A DNA stretch of 63,960 nt, counting the filler, from Octopus bimaculoides (lineage: Eukaryota), in the NCBI RefSeq assembly GCF_001194135.2. It is 10 parts of 8 records of this genome, joined end to end, with 100 filler letters (N's around TTAATTAATTAA, not from the genome) between each part and the next. Parts side by side here need not be neighbours in the genome. Positions count along the whole stretch, not along the records: positions 8,473 to 21,860 come from NC_069004.1; positions 21,961 to 35,408 come from NC_068981.1; 8 more parts are not named here. The stretch is one strand, 5' to 3'. Positions within the stretch are counted from its first letter, which is position 1; every line of letters starts with the position of its first letter. This document shows, one piece after another, positions 11,491 to 25,724 of this stretch. Both the position numbers and the translations under genes were made by a program. Below the pieces are notes generated by a model that was not told the DNA's origin, searched no databases, and worked only from the letters and a program-made list of their open reading frames with translations.

Positions 11491-12990
11491 GTTGTCGGGG
11501 GGTGGGGTGGGGGNNNNNNNNNNNNNNNNNNNNNNNNNNNNNNNNNNNNNNNNNNNNNNNNNNNNNNNNNNNNNNNNNNNNNNNNNNNNNNNNNNNNNNN
11601 NNNNNNNNNNNNNNNNNNNNNNNNNNNNNNNNNNNNNNNNNNNNNNNNNNNNNNNNNNNNNNNNNNNNNNNNNNNNNNNNNNNNNNNNNNNNNNNNNNNN
11701 NNNNNNNNNNNNNNNNNNNNNNNNNNNNNNNNNNNNNNNNNNNNNNNNNNNNNNNNNNNNNNNNNNNNNNNNNNNNNNNNNNNNNNNNNNNNNNNNNNNN
11801 NNNNNNNNNNNNNNNNNNNNNNNNNNNNNNNNNNNNNNNNNNNNNNNNNNNNNNNNNNNNNNNNNNNNNNNNNNNNNNNNNNNNNNNNNNNNNNNNNNNN
11901 NNNNNNNNNNNNNNNNNNNNNNNNNNNNNNNNNNNNNNNNNNNNNNNNNNNNNNNNNNNNNNNNNNNNNNNNNNNNNNNNNNNNNNNNNNNNNNNNNNNN
12001 NNNNNNNNNNNNNNNNNNNNNNNNNNNNNNNNNNNNNNNNNNNNNNNNNNNNNNNNNNNNNNNNNNNNNNNNNNNNNNNNNNNNNNNNNNNNNNNNNNNN
12101 NNNNNNNNNNNNNNNNNNNNNNNNNNNNNNNNNNNNNNNNNNNNNNNNNNNNNNNNNNNNNNNNNNNNNNNNNNNNNNNNNNNNNNNNNNNNNNNNNNNN
12201 NNNNNNNNNNNNNNNNNNNNNNNNNNNNNNNNNNNNNNNNNNNNNNNNNNNNNNNNNNNNNNNNNNNNNNNNNNNNNNNNNNNNNNNNNNNNNNNNNNNN
12301 NNNNNNNNNNNNNNNNNNNNNNNNNNNNNNNNNNNNNNNNNNNNNNNNNNNNNNNNNNNNNNNNNNNTATTATATATATATAAATATATATATATATATG
12401 TATTTGTATCTATGTGTGTATATATATCTGTTTAGTTTGGGTATCAGCAGGCCGGTTTATGCACATACTTGAAGAGTTGACATTTTCAAGTATTTCTGAA
12501 ATAATGCTGATTCGATTTATGATTTCGTATGTTATATAATAATATTCCGGCAATGATTTTTCGGGGACAGTGTTGATGAAACAATTGTAAAAATATGCAA
12601 TGAACGTGTTACTCATTCGATTCTCTTCGTTAAAATTTATGCATGCGTATATCTGTTTATGTATATATGTACACACACAGACATACATATACATACACAC
12701 ATAATTTGGACAGAGGAAACGTCTAAAACAAAATGGTGTAGAATGCATATGTACTCTCTCAATACAAGCGTAAAGCACTATCATAGTACCATTCAACATT
12801 AGTGCCGCAGATCATGGTTAATCTGTGGGTGAACGATATCAATGAATTCGATGTTCTGCACTTTCCTATTTAATACATAACTATCCAAGTAAATAAGATA
12901 AATGATCCTACATTTGTAAATAACTATTATAAGGTCTACTTCAGCAAAGGATTTTATAAGCTGTGTGTATGTGTGTGTGTGTGTGTGTGT

Positions 12991-13025
<35 letters not shown>

Positions 13026-14560
13026 NNNNNNNNNNNNNNNNNNNNNNNNNNNNNNNNNNNNNNNNNNNNNNNNNNNNNNNNNNNNNNNNNNNNNNNNNNN
13101 NNNNNNNNNNNNNNNNNNNNNNNNNNNNNNNNNNNNNNNNNNNNNNNNNNNNNNNNNNNNNNNNNNNNNNNNNNNNNNNNNNNNNNNNNNNNNNNNNNNN
13201 NNNNNNNNNNNNNNNNNNNNNNNNNNNNNNNNNNNNNNNNNNNNNNNNNNNNNNNNNNNNNNNNNNNNNNNNNNNNNNNNNNNNNNNNNNNNNNNNNNNN
13301 NNNNNNNNNNNNNNNNNNNNNNNNNNNNNNNNNNNNNNNNNNNNNNNNNNNNNNNNNNNNNNNNNNNNNNNNNNNNNNNNNNNNNNNNNNNNNNNNNNNN
13401 NNNNNNNNNNNNNNNNNNNNNNNNNNNNNNNNNNNNNNNNNNNNNNNNNNNNNNNNNNNNNNNNNNNNNNNNNNNNNNNNNNNNNNNNNNNNNNNNNNNN
13501 NNNNNNNNNNNNNNNNNNNNNNNNNNNNNNNNNNNNNNNNNNNNNNNNNNNNNNNNNNNNNNNNNNNNNNNNNNNNNNNNNNNNNNNNNNNNNNNNNNNN
13601 NNNNNNNNNNNNNNNNNNNNNNNNNNNNNNNNNNNNNNNNNNNNNNNNNNNNNNNNNNNNNNNNNNNNNNNNNNNNNNNNNNNNNNNNNNNNNNNNNNNN
13701 NNNNNNNNNNNNNNNNNNNNNNNNNNNNNNNNNNNNNNNNNNNNNNNNNNNNNNNNNNNNNNNNNNNNNNNNNNNNNNNNNNNNNNNNNNNNNNNNNNNN
13801 NNNNNNNNNNNNNNNNNNNNNNNNNNNNNNNNNNNNNNNNNNNNNNNNNNNNNNNNNNNNNNNNNNNNNNNNNNNNNNNNNNNNNNNNNNNNNNNNNNNN
13901 NNNNNNNNNNNNNNNNNNNNNNNNNNNNNNNNNNNNNNNNNATATATATATATATATATATATATATAATGTGTGTGTGTATGTATGCATGTATGTGTGC
14001 ATGTGTGTGTTCATTTATTTGTTTCAGTCATTTGACTGCGGCCATGCTGGAGCACTGTCATGCAATCTTCGTTGCTAAGAGTTACCCAAAAGCAGGTGCG
14101 TGATTTGTATTCCGGTATTCATCCATTTTATTGTGAAGGTTCCGTTTGTACACATGCATGGATTAATGTGTGTGGCTATATGTGTCTCTATATGCACGTG
14201 TGTGTATGTGTGTATGCGCACTGGCACGTGTGTGTAAGTCCATTAAACTGTCTTCTGTGATCTTTCTATGAACATGTAGCATATTTCGCTACATTCAAAC
14301 ATACAAAACTTTCTACTATTGTATATTTTAATCAAAATGGTGTCTAGACAAATGTTTAATTCCCGTTATATAACGATTGTAGTAATGTAGTAAATTGGGC
14401 TATATAGCGGTGTGATGTAAATCTGGTTATTTACGAGGGAGAGAACCGGCAAATAATAATATATATTGTTTATATAAATGTACACACGCGCACACAAACA
14501 CACACACAGACACAGACACACACATAAATACACAAACGCGCACACATACCTTTATGTGCG

Positions 14561-14602
<42 letters not shown>

Positions 14603-14830
14603 TATTTAAAACAGTTTGATTCGACCGCATGGAAGTTGAAGTTTCGTAAGCTTGTTACAGGATCCTAGTTCGTTGGGCCCACTCGCATATACTTACATAC
14701 AATCATGCATAAATATATGCACACATACACNNNNNNNNNNNNNNNNNNNNNNNNNNNNNNNNNNNNNNNNNNNNNNNNNNNNNNNNNNNNNNNNNNNNNN
14801 NNNNNNNNNNNNNNNNNNNNNNNNNNNNNN

Positions 14831-14981
14831 ACACAAAGTGTGACAAGGCTGGCCCCTTTGAATTACAGGTACTACTCATTTGTGCCAGCTGAGTGGACGG
14901 GAGCAGCGTGAAGTAAAGGGTCTCGCTCAAGGACACAACGCGTCGCTGCGATCATGAGCCGAATGCCACGCGCCTTCACAC
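14831..14981 (-). mobile_element. tRNA-derived SINE, family D, internally deleted
   Basis: GCCAGCTGAGTGGACGGGAGCAGCGTGAAGTAAAGGGTCTCGCTCAAGGACACAACGCGTCGC is homologous to 10246-10300. Confidence 0.65.
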
Positions 14982-14984
14982 GAC

Positions 14985-15625
14985 AAGAACAGGAAGAAAA
15001 ACAACAACAAAACAACGTCAGTTAAAACAACTAAAACAACTACTTACAGAACAACAAAAAATAAAACACAACAGAAATAATGACAGCAAGAACAACAACA
15101 ACAACAACAACAACAACAGCAACAACAACAACAACAACAATAGCAATAACGAAAAACAAGTGCAGAAACAATGACAGTAGCAACAACAGTAACAGCGAAT
15201 AATAACAAGAGTTACGACAAAAATTACAAACAACGAAATATGAAGCTGGTAACGTAACGATGTGAGATATTAATTGGCAGAATATTAACAACAACAACAA
15301 CAACTGTAATTCGTAGAACAAAAGGAACAGCAAGGGTGACGACAACAACAGTAAGACCGGGGATAGCAGCAGTAGCAGCAGCGCCGCCGCCGCCGCCACT
15401 AGCGCTACCTGTTTCAGGTCCCAGTGAGAACATACTTTATTTTTGTTAATTGTTTACATTCCAGAAGTAAAGAACAATTGCGTGAATAATTTCCACGTGA
15501 TTAGTAACATTGAGGTGGTTGTAACGCAAGAAAAACAACAGCAGAGGCAACAACAACAACAACAACGACGACGACGACGACGACAGTAACAACTACGCCA
15601 ACAACAGTAATGTCGATAACATCTA
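14985..15625. repeat. Cryptic (AAC/CAG/GAC)-rich low-complexity tract
   Basis: Interrupted AAC, AGC, GCC and GAC runs; no convincing protein. Confidence 0.8.
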
Positions 15626-15818
15626 ACAGATATGATTGTGTGGTTTCGAGTTCGATTTTTGTCAGCGAAATATGTGTGTATAAAATGGATGGATAGATGG
15701 ATGGATGGATGGATGGATGGATGGATAAATACACACATATACCTACAAATGCTTAGATACATACGTATATGTATAAGTGTATGTGTGCGTGTGAGTGTGT
15801 ATATGTATATATATGTAC

Positions 15819-15862
<44 letters not shown>

Positions 15863-16156
15863 NNNNNNNNNNNNNNNNNNNNNNNNNNNNNNNNNNNNNN
15901 NNNNNNNNNNNNNNNNNNNNNNNNNNNNNNNNNNNNNNNNNNNNNNNNNNNNNNNNNNNNNNNNNNNNNNNNNNNNNNNNNNNNNNNNNNNNNNNNNNNN
16001 NNNNNNNNNNNNNNNNNNNNNNNNNNNNNNNNNNNNNNNNNNNNNNNNNNNNNNNNNNNNNNNNNNNNNNNNNNNNNNNNNNNNNNNNNNNNNNNNNNNN
16101 NNNNNNNNNNNNNNNNNNNNNNNNNNNNNNNNNNNNNNNNNNNNNNNNNNNNNNNN

Positions 16157-16206
<50 letters not shown>

Positions 16207-16989
16207 GTATGTGTATGTGTATATATATATATATATATGTACGTATATATTTATATTTATGTGTATATGTGTGTGTATGGTCCCCAAATTAATCAAGCAG
16301 GTGAACGCACCTAGAACCGACCCTGTCTCGGATCTACGGTTTAAATTGTATTTGGCACTTACATATCTACAGTATCCAACCAACACTTGATACCTTCGTG
16401 GGTTTTTTTGTTTTTTTTTACCTTACTCTGAACCGCATGTTATTTATACCTAACCAGTTCTGGAGTCCTACGCGTTGATGAGCCTGGATTTTAATAAATC
16501 CTAATACTAATAAATACATACACGCACAGAGAGAAAGAAAGAAAGACGAAAAGAACGTGACTACGTGTCAAAGAAACGCGTTATGGCATAATTTTCCTCT
16601 AACAGATTTTCAACACACGGCTATAATTCAAGTACACTTAATTTTGGTTTGATGTAATGAGAACGAACCCGGGACTTTATGTTTACGATTCTTGAGGCAA
16701 AGGAATACATGAAACCATTGGTAGGCTTAAACGTAAAACCAGTGATCTGGTAACTCATCGTCGAAGTGTAGCTTCATTGATTATTCAATGAAGAGAGCCC
16801 CCCCCCCTTCCCATCAAAGAATGAAGGGCAAAGTCAACCTCAAAATTTAAACGCAATTCGTAAAGAGCCGGAAGAAATACTGCTAAGCATTTAGTCCGGT
16901 ATAACTTACATAGGCGCAAGACTAGAAATTAGATTATCATAGTGCGTGTATATATATAATCATTCATTTTTTTCCAGCCTTCAAGGATT

Positions 16990-17145
16990 TTTGTTTTGTC
17001 GTTGATCGACCCCAGAACATTTTTTAAAACCTGGTACTTGTTCTATCGGTCTTATTTGTCAAACCGTTAGGTTACGGGTTCGTAAGCACACCAACACCGG
17101 TTGTCAAGCGATGATAGGCGGACAAACACAGACACAAAGAATCAC
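16990..17145 (+). mobile_element. SINE-like repeat, family C, partial
   Basis: GATCGACCCCAGAAC...CCTGGTACTTGTTCTATCGGTC...TAGGTTACGGGTTCGTAAGCACACCAACACCGGTTGTCAAGCGATG. Confidence 0.7.
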
Positions 17146-17439
17146 ATATATTATCTATCAATCTATATATATATATATGTGTGTGTGTGAGTGTATCTAT
17201 ACATATATATACGTATATATACATATATGTGTATGTATGTGTGTCAACCCCAGTGCATAACTGGTATTTTATCTTATTAAAACCGGTAAGATAAAAGACA
17301 ATGTTTTAAGTTTAACACTCTAACTGGAATTCTTACAGTCTTCTTCATCTCCATTTCGATTCAGTCCTTTCTTTGTTTACTTGTTTACTTCCTTCTTTGT
17401 TTGAGACCACCACTTCTGACAGTGTCCCAGGGACGCCAT

Positions 17440-17615
17440 CATTACATCCGCAAACAATTCTTCTCCACTTGGCGCGGCTGCATACTCAAAGGCGGGCTTC
17501 CGCCATTGATTTGCCTGTACATACCTTGATGTTGGCCGGTCATCTTTCTAGTTTTTCGCGCCTCCCATTCTCTCCCTTTCTTCTGTCACTATTTGTACAA
17601 TGGCCTTCGCAAAGC
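17440..17615 (+). pseudogene. Possible CR1/L2 ORF2 C-terminal relic
   Basis: LARLHTQRRASAIDLP and, in another frame, LPFFCHYLYNG loosely resemble CR1 LDRIQRRAIRLI...LSLFYRYYNG. Confidence 0.35.
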
Positions 17616-17811
17616 AACAAGATGTTGTTAAATAACAGAGACAACTTTGACAAAGAGGACCAAGTACTAATCCGAGCTATTACAATTAGCAGAGGTAATT
17701 TAAATCTGCTGAACGTAGAGGGCAGAGGCAGTTCAAACACGTTGGTCATGATTCAGAACTGCAGAGCATACAGTAATGTTCAAAGGGAGATAATTACTAC
17801 CCAGCCAAACG

Positions 17812-18030
17812 AGGTGAGCTGGCAGAATCGTTAGAGCTTCGGACAAAATGCTTAGCAGCATTTTTTTTCTGGTGCTTTACATTCTGAGTTCAAATCCTGT
17901 CTAAGCCGACTTTTTCTTTAATTCCTCCGAGGCCTGTAAAATAGGTACCAGTAGTGCAGTCAATGTAATTGACTTACTCCTCGACTCGAAACTGTTGGGT
18001 TTGTGTCAAAGTTTGAAGGAACTATTACTC
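17812..18030 (+). mobile_element. SINE family B
   Basis: GAGGTGAGCTGGCAGAATCGTTAG...AAATGCTTAGC...TTCTGAGTTCAAATCC...AGGTACCAG; reverse homolog of 38521-38748. Confidence 0.75.
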
Positions 18031-18778
18031 TACAGTCATGCGAGAGGTATTTACAGTGCGGGAATCGAAATCGGGTCGTGAAATCAGTTTACGGAGAGAC
18101 TGCTCAGAAAATTAAAGCGACAGAAGCAGTATTAATACCAAAATACGATATTTATCCCCACTTAAACAGGATGTTCTGTTAGGACACAGAAAACTACGTT
18201 TGTTAGCACGAGAGAACCTTGCGGCGCATATAACCACTCACGTTTATATCGCCAGCGATAGACAATCACCGTCATCGCCGAAATAAAACATAAGAACAAC
18301 AAGTCCATAAGGCAACTTCTATGAGGCCGCTCGACCTGCTTAAATTTTCCGCTAAAATTTCAGCAAATCGCAATATCCTGTCGCGCCTGCGACGACAATG
18401 CTNNNNNNNNNNNNNNNNNNNNNNNNNNNNNNNNNNNNNNNNNNNNNNNNNNNNNNNNNNNNNNNNNNNNNNNNNNNNNNNNNNNNNNNNNNNNNNNNNN
18501 NNNNNNNNNNNNNNNNNNNNNNNNNNNNNNNNNNNNNNNNNNNNNNNNNNNNNNNNNNNNNNNNNNNNNNNNNNNNNNNNNNNNNNNNNNNNNNNNNNNN
18601 NNNNNNNNNNNNNNNNNNNNNNNNNNNNNNNNNNNNNNNNNNNNNNNNNNNNNNNNNNNNNNNNNNNNNNNNNNNNNNNNNNNNNNNNNNNNNNNNNNNN
18701 NNNNNNNNNNNNNNNNNNNNNNNNNNNNNNNNNNNNNNNNNNNNNNNNNNNNNNNNNNNNNNNNNNNNNNNNNNNNNN

Positions 18779-18849
<71 letters not shown>

Positions 18850-19632
18850 TAGAGAGAGACACAGACAGAAGGAAAGTGGTATGCGGTGTTCTTCGATAGA
18901 GTAATATTCATAACGGTAGCTATTGAACTATGAAATGATCAGTAAATGTATATCTATTTATCTATCTATTTATACACACACACGTATATATATACATACA
19001 TATCTATATGTATCTGCGTGTGTATATATATAGTCATTTTATTATCTTTATCTTATGATATTTACTTTGTATTATATTATACTTATTTGTTGCGGTTTTA
19101 ATTATTAATTTTTCTATATGTGACTGTGGATTTTCATCGATGAGTTCATGAACCTTGGTTCTTTTCCCTAAAACTATATNNNNNNNNNNNNNNNNNNNNN
19201 NNNNNNNNNNNNNNNNNNNNNNNNNNNNNNNNNNNNNNNNNNNNNNNNNNNNNNNNNNNNNNNNNNNNNNNNNNNNNNNNNNNNNNNNNNNNNNNNNNNN
19301 NNNNNNNNNNNNNNNNNNNNNNNNNNNNNNNNNNNNNNNNNNNNNNNNNNNNNNNNNNNNNNNNNNNNNNNNNNNNNNNNNNNNNNNNNNNNNNNNNNNN
19401 NNNNNNNNNNNNNNNNNNNNNNNNNNNNNNNNNNNNNNNNNNNNNNNNNNNNNNNNNNNNNNNNNNNNNNNNNNNNNNNNNNNNNNNNNNNNNNNNNNNN
19501 NNNNNNNNNNNNNNNNNNNNNNNNNNNNNNNNNNNNNNNNNNNNNNNNNNNNNNNNNNNNNNNNNNNNNNNNNNNNNNNNNNNNNNNNNNNNNNNNNNNN
19601 NNNNNNNNNNNNNNNNNNNNNNNNNNNNNNNN

Positions 19633-19679
<47 letters not shown>

Positions 19680-20358
19680 TGCATATGTATGTGTGTATGT
19701 GTGTGTGTGTGTGTGCATACACACACACACACACACTCACATGATAGATAGCACAGGTGTGATGTATTATATTGATAATGTGTTCACTGCAAAAATATTC
19801 CCATCATACATCGATGCAGTGTAGATCTTATCAGAGGTATTAGAACAAAAGACAACAAAATCCTTTCAGACTAACACTTTATTAATACTGTTTCTTTGAC
19901 TTCTGCTGAGGCAATGCCAGGCGTCTCTAAATGGCCTTTAAATTTACCAACAATAGCAGCCAAATTCCCATTAAGCCACAATTGCTATTATATTAAATTA
20001 TGCAATACGAAGAACAGTAGTAGCCCAGAAATTAATAATTCATTTAAAATATCTCTTCTCCGACTTGTGTTGAGACATTGCCAGGAGTCTCTAAGTGGTC
20101 TATAGATATGCAAGAAATAGCAGCTAATCTCCTACAAATTATATTTGCTGTTGCATTAAATTTTGCAGTCCTACCTGCAGCAGCCAAGAAACTAATATTA
20201 TCTTAGTGCTGCCGCTTCTCTGATTTCTGGTGAAACAACGGCAGGAGTCGAAGTCTCTACGTGGTCTCTAAATCTTCTAGAAATGGCAGTTAATTCTCAA
20301 GCCTCGCAACCTACGTATACCACTCAAGGGTGTGCTTCGAAATGCTGTAGCTAATCTC

Positions 20359-20570
20359 CACTACCACTACCACTACCACCACCACTACCACCTCTATCAT
20401 CACCACCACCAGTACTACCACCGCCACTACCACTAGCACTACCACTACCACTACTAACATCACCACCATCAGTACTACCACCACTACTACCACCACCATC
20501 ACCACCACTACCACTGCTATCACCACCAGCACCACTACCACCACCACCACCACCACCACCACTACTATAA
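20359..20570. repeat. (ACC/ACT/ATC)n compound microsatellite
   Basis: Direct observation. Confidence 0.9.
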
Positions 20571-20699
20571 CAATCTATTTAGGCGACAAGAGGATTTGAT
20601 CTTTTAAGTCTTGCGATTAAATATTCGTGTTTAACGTCTTTTGCCATCCACCCCTCCACCCCTCTATTCCCTTCGTCTGATTTCTCTGAGTCAGCGAGG

Positions 20700-20716
20700 A
20701 TGTGTGTGTGTGTGTG

Positions 20717-20752
<36 letters not shown>

Positions 20753-21590
20753 TGTGTATGTATGTATATGTGTGTATGTGTGTGTAGGTGTGTGTATGTG
20801 CATATGCGTGTATGTGTATGTGTGTGTATATGTGTGTATATATATGTGTGTGTGTATATATATATGTGTGTATGTATATGTGTGTATGTGTATGTGTGTA
20901 TGCGTGTGCATGTGTATGCGTGAGTATATGTGTGTATGTGTGTAGATANNNNNNNNNNCATATGCGTGTATGTGTATGTGTGTGTATATGTGTGTATATA
21001 TATGTGTGTGTGTATATATATATGTGTGTATGTATATGTGTGTATGTGTATGTGTGTATGCGTGTGTATGTGTATGCGTGAGTATATGTGTGTATGTGTG
21101 TAGATATGTATGTGTGTGGATGAGTATGTGTATGTATGTGTGTATCTGTATATGTGTGTATGTGTGTGGTTGTAGATGTATTTGTGTATGAGTATGTGTG
21201 TGTATGTGTGTGTATGTGTGTGTATGTGTGTATGTCTATGCGTGTGTATATGTGTGTGTATGAGTGTGTATCAGTAGATGTATTTGTGTATGAGCATGTG
21301 TGTGTATGTGTGTGTATGTGCGTGTGTGTGTGTGTATGTGTGGTTATACATGCGTGTGTGTGTGTGTATGTGTGGTTATACATGCGTGTGTGAGCGTATT
21401 ACATGCGTATGTGTGAGTGTTTGCGAGCATTTCTATGCATGTGTATGTGTGTGTGTGTGCGTGAGTGTACATGTATATATGAATGTGTGTCTATATGTAT
21501 GCGAGTGTATGTATGTATGTATGAGTATGTGTTTGAGAGTTGGTGAATGTCTATGTGTATGCGTATGTATATGTATGTGCGCGCGTGCAC
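20700..21590. repeat. Complex (TG)/(TATG)/(TA) dinucleotide-derived tract
   Basis: Direct observation; source of many spurious His/Thr and Cys/Val ORFs. Confidence 0.95.
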
Positions 21591-21960
21591 TTCTCTCCCC
21601 TTTCTCTCCCTTTTCTCTGCCTCTCCTCTTCCTCTTCTTCTTCTTCTTCTTCTTCTTCCACATCTTTCCTCTCTCCCCATCTCAGATCAACATAAAATAC
21701 TTCAACTCGATCCATCTTCTCTAGAACTACATCCCTTTTCTCTGCCTCCCCCTCTCTCTTTCTTCTTCTTCTTCTTCTTCCTCCTCCTCCTCCTCCTCCC
21801 ACTTCGCATCAATACTCTCGCATCAGCCATTAAACTGTATCGATAGCAAAAAATGATTTANNNNNNNNNNNNNNNNNNNNNNNNNNNNNNNNNNNNNNNN
21901 NNNNTTAATTAATTAANNNNNNNNNNNNNNNNNNNNNNNNNNNNNNNNNNNNNNNNNNNN

Positions 21961-22035
<75 letters not shown>

Positions 22036-25000
22036 GCACTCATACCTATGTATATATTTTTATGCATTTGTGTACATTTAAACTAATTAAATATTATTGT
22101 ATGTATTATGAAACGGAAACATTTCAGATGTCCATCATACATTCCAAACCGATAAATATATTAATTACTGGACTGTGTTTCCCTCACCGTATAATTTCTG
22201 CAATATGGAATTTTTGATACTTATTGCAATAAATATGCTGAAATGCGCTTAACTATTATTAAGATTATAACTGCGTATCTGCAAGAAGAATTTGTAATGT
22301 AAAGGTTGCTTCGAATTTCCCTGAGTATTGTTATTCCTGCTATTATTGTGTAGCAACAAGTCATTCATATTGATAGATTAATGATACGTAAGTACCTGGG
22401 TGAAGGACGCGTTTTGACCTATGAAAATCTAGTCCGAAATATAACGTATGTTGATCAAGTTGTAGATATCCATTTCAGTCTACTATGCAATAGTTAATCA
22501 TTTGAAACGGGCGATGAAAGTGAGAACATGAATCAGATTCTTTTATATTGGGTTATATTTCAATGTATGGCATAATTGTTGTTGCATATATACTCATTGA
22601 CTGATATGCAGCTTACTATAGATTCCGATAATACTGTGCCGCTAGGATAATAAATATATGTTTGTGTGTGTATGCGTTTGTGTTTGTGTATGTATGTATG
22701 TATGTGTGTGTATGTGTGTATGAATTTAACAATTTTAGCCCTTCCCTTGTTGTCTTCTTTTTGTGCTCATTGTTTAATATTATGTATATACTTAAAGCAA
22801 TATAATTATACTTAAGTGGGTGTATGTATTAGTGGATGTGTGTGATCGTTTGTGTGTGTGCGTGCACGTATGTGTGTGTGTGTGTGTGTGTTTGAGGATG
22901 GGTGTGTAAGTGTATGTGTATATGTTTCGTTTGTTGCTGGCGGTGAATTTGGAGAATATGCATATTTTAACATAACATTAATTGTACATACAGTAGACTT
23001 GAGGAAAGAATGCCACGCAATCATTTATATTTTTGCACTATGTATTTACGCTCATGCTTCAATATCAATATAGTTATTGTTGCTGATGTTACTGTGACAG
23101 TTAACTGTCATCATTATCGACGTCGTCGTTTTCGTAATTATAATTGTTGCTGTTGTTGTGGTGGTGGTGTTGCTGGTGCTGGTGGGGGTGGGGGTGGTCA
23201 TCGTCGTCTTCGTTTCTGTGGCTGCTGCCTTAATCTATTTAACAACAGTTACAACGACCATGGACCGTTCATCAGAAAGAATCCAACAAGCGAATGGACT
23301 CTTTTCAGACAGCTAAGATCAATGTTACTGGACTTCGGTATAAACTTCTTACAGTAAACAAGTACAAGTAAACCTCGCTCACTTAACAGGTTTTCCGATA
23401 TTAAAACACTTGGAAGTAATGATTTAGTTAATATTTTAGCAGAAACCCTAAGTAATGAGACGCGGGGAAGGTGGTGCACAATGTGGCTAATGCAGGTGTG
23501 ATATGCAGTTTCCTCACAACAGCAGCCAGAGATGAATAGTTCTGTTGAAAATAAACAGAAATGATTTCTTGAGACATATATTCCGTTTGTATATCAATCA
23601 ACAGTTTTATCCCAGATATGTGTATTAATATAATGTATTTGGCAGTTATTCGTCCTAAGTGATCAAAAACTATTGTGCTTGATAAGTACAAGACTCTTCT
23701 TAGAGTAGCAGTTTAAATTTGTCAGAGATTGAGAGATATTTTATTTGTAACATCTTAAAATATTTTAATTATATGCTGTTTATAAATAAGGTTAGGTTAT
23801 TGTAGTGCAGTTCTGGTTCATTTGCATATACGTGTTTGTATGTTATCTATATATATATAACGGTTTCGACGAAACTTTTGGATGTTCTTAAACAACGCTA
23901 ATCATTGTCACAATACGTTTGCATTGTTTAACCTTTCAAATGATACCTTCCAGATGTCTGGTTGTGCAGGGCATCATCACCCCTGAACGGAACGCCAGAC
24001 CAATACATAGTTATTCTTTTTACTGCTTAATATATATGTGTGTATATATATGAATTCAGAGAGAGAGCGAGATTATTTTTTCTAGTAAAGGAGACTAAGT
24101 TATCGTGTGTTGGGATGCGATCATGGTATATGACGTGAGGTGTCAAATGTACGTGAGGACTTAGTGTAAGGTTGGGTTGTAAGACTTGAACGCAAACGCC
24201 TCATTCATGTGATCAACCTTAAAACATTTTTCTGTTGATGCAAAGCAAGTCGAAGCGAGCAATATCATGCCAGGCTGAAACTGAATGCTCTGAAAGTTGA
24301 CCAATGAGCAGATAGCTTCTATCGAATGTAGCCATGATTAAGCTCCTACGTCAATAACTCTTCCTATGCGAAATATTCGAATAATTACTCGTGTCAGGAC
24401 GCCAACTTGCTTTCACTGAAGATCTCAAACGTGTATCGTTTGCGCAAAACTTCTGTAGATAAAACTCAACAGAAAATTTCCTGGATATCACTGATCAGTG
24501 ATATTATTTGACTGATTCGATTTGAAATATTACTTTATGTGTATTTTCTTTCTTGATATTTTGTTGCTCAGTTATATATAACGTATTAGATTCCAGTGAT
24601 GAAGTTATAATAGTTACGTTTTGTAACAATACTGCTGCGCTGTGTCCATTTTAGAAGAAAACTACACAAGTTCATAGTGTTTCAAACAAACTGAAAAATA
24701 TAGTTATTTCTATTGGAACAAGAACCAATAAAATTATATATTACTATAAAACGATCATAAACCAAGATTAAACACCTATTTCACTAGACGTGTATATTCA
24801 CCATTTTTCGAAAATAAATATCTTATACACATCTAACACAGTATTAACAAAAATGGATGACTCGCTTATTTACAATCACGTAATTATAGAACACTAAACA
24901 CACATTACAAGGAAACAAATTACTGCAACTAACTGTTCTATCTTCCAAAAATTACAAAAATTGAAGTGATAAAAATAACAAAATACGATTATTTGTATTC

Positions 25001-25589
25001 GTGATTCTATTCTTCCTAGTATTGTTTAATTTAGAACAATTTTTTAAGTGTTACTATATACATAACACAATGTCAAAAATATTCATTCTATACCTTTACT
25101 TTCATTATAATGCCATCTATGTATTTTAGACAATTTTTTTTCTATTTTCTTCAGTTGATATATATTTTTTTAAATATAAGATATTCTGAGGAGGAAAGGA
25201 TAGAATTTATGATGTGTTCTAGTCTTCTCATGCCCTTATGATTAATACAGTAGATATTAGATATGTGCTCTTGTTTGCGACAAAATCGAATAAAGAAGTC
25301 CTTAGTAAAGAGTACGGAGGGGAGAAAAAGTAAGAATGAAAAGAGAGATGTGACAAAAGAGAATCTTTGGAACTGTGTAATTTCGAAGTGCGGGGAACAT
25401 TCTAACCACAATGTAAGAATCAGGTAGAAAAGAGACATTCATTATTTTCCCTCTTTTTTCTTCCTATAAATTTTGCAGTCTCTCTACCTTGGTTTCTATG
25501 CTTTCTCTTTTTCCTGTTCTGTCTTTCATAGATTCAAATTTTTCGTCTATGCATGAGCAAATGCATATCTGACGTATTCGTGTCTATAT

Positions 25590-25622
<33 letters not shown>

Positions 25623-25724
25623 CATGGATAGATAGACAGATAGATACATATATACATACATGCATGCATACATACAATCATACATACATACACACATGGG
25701 TATACATATACTTATGATTCTTCG

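Noticed and set aside
12798-12830. TAGTGCCGCAG match to miR-252 and a small hairpin
   Set aside because: Only 11 nt match, the seed differs, and the hairpin (8-bp stem) is too short for a pre-miRNA.
17373-17834. 153-aa ORF as a host gene
   Set aside because: Starts at TTG, includes a LINE-like segment, runs into a SINE head, and has no recognisable domain.
20801-21110. ~150-bp duplication in the TG/TA tract
   Set aside because: Copies sit either side of a 10-N gap; probably an assembly overlap.
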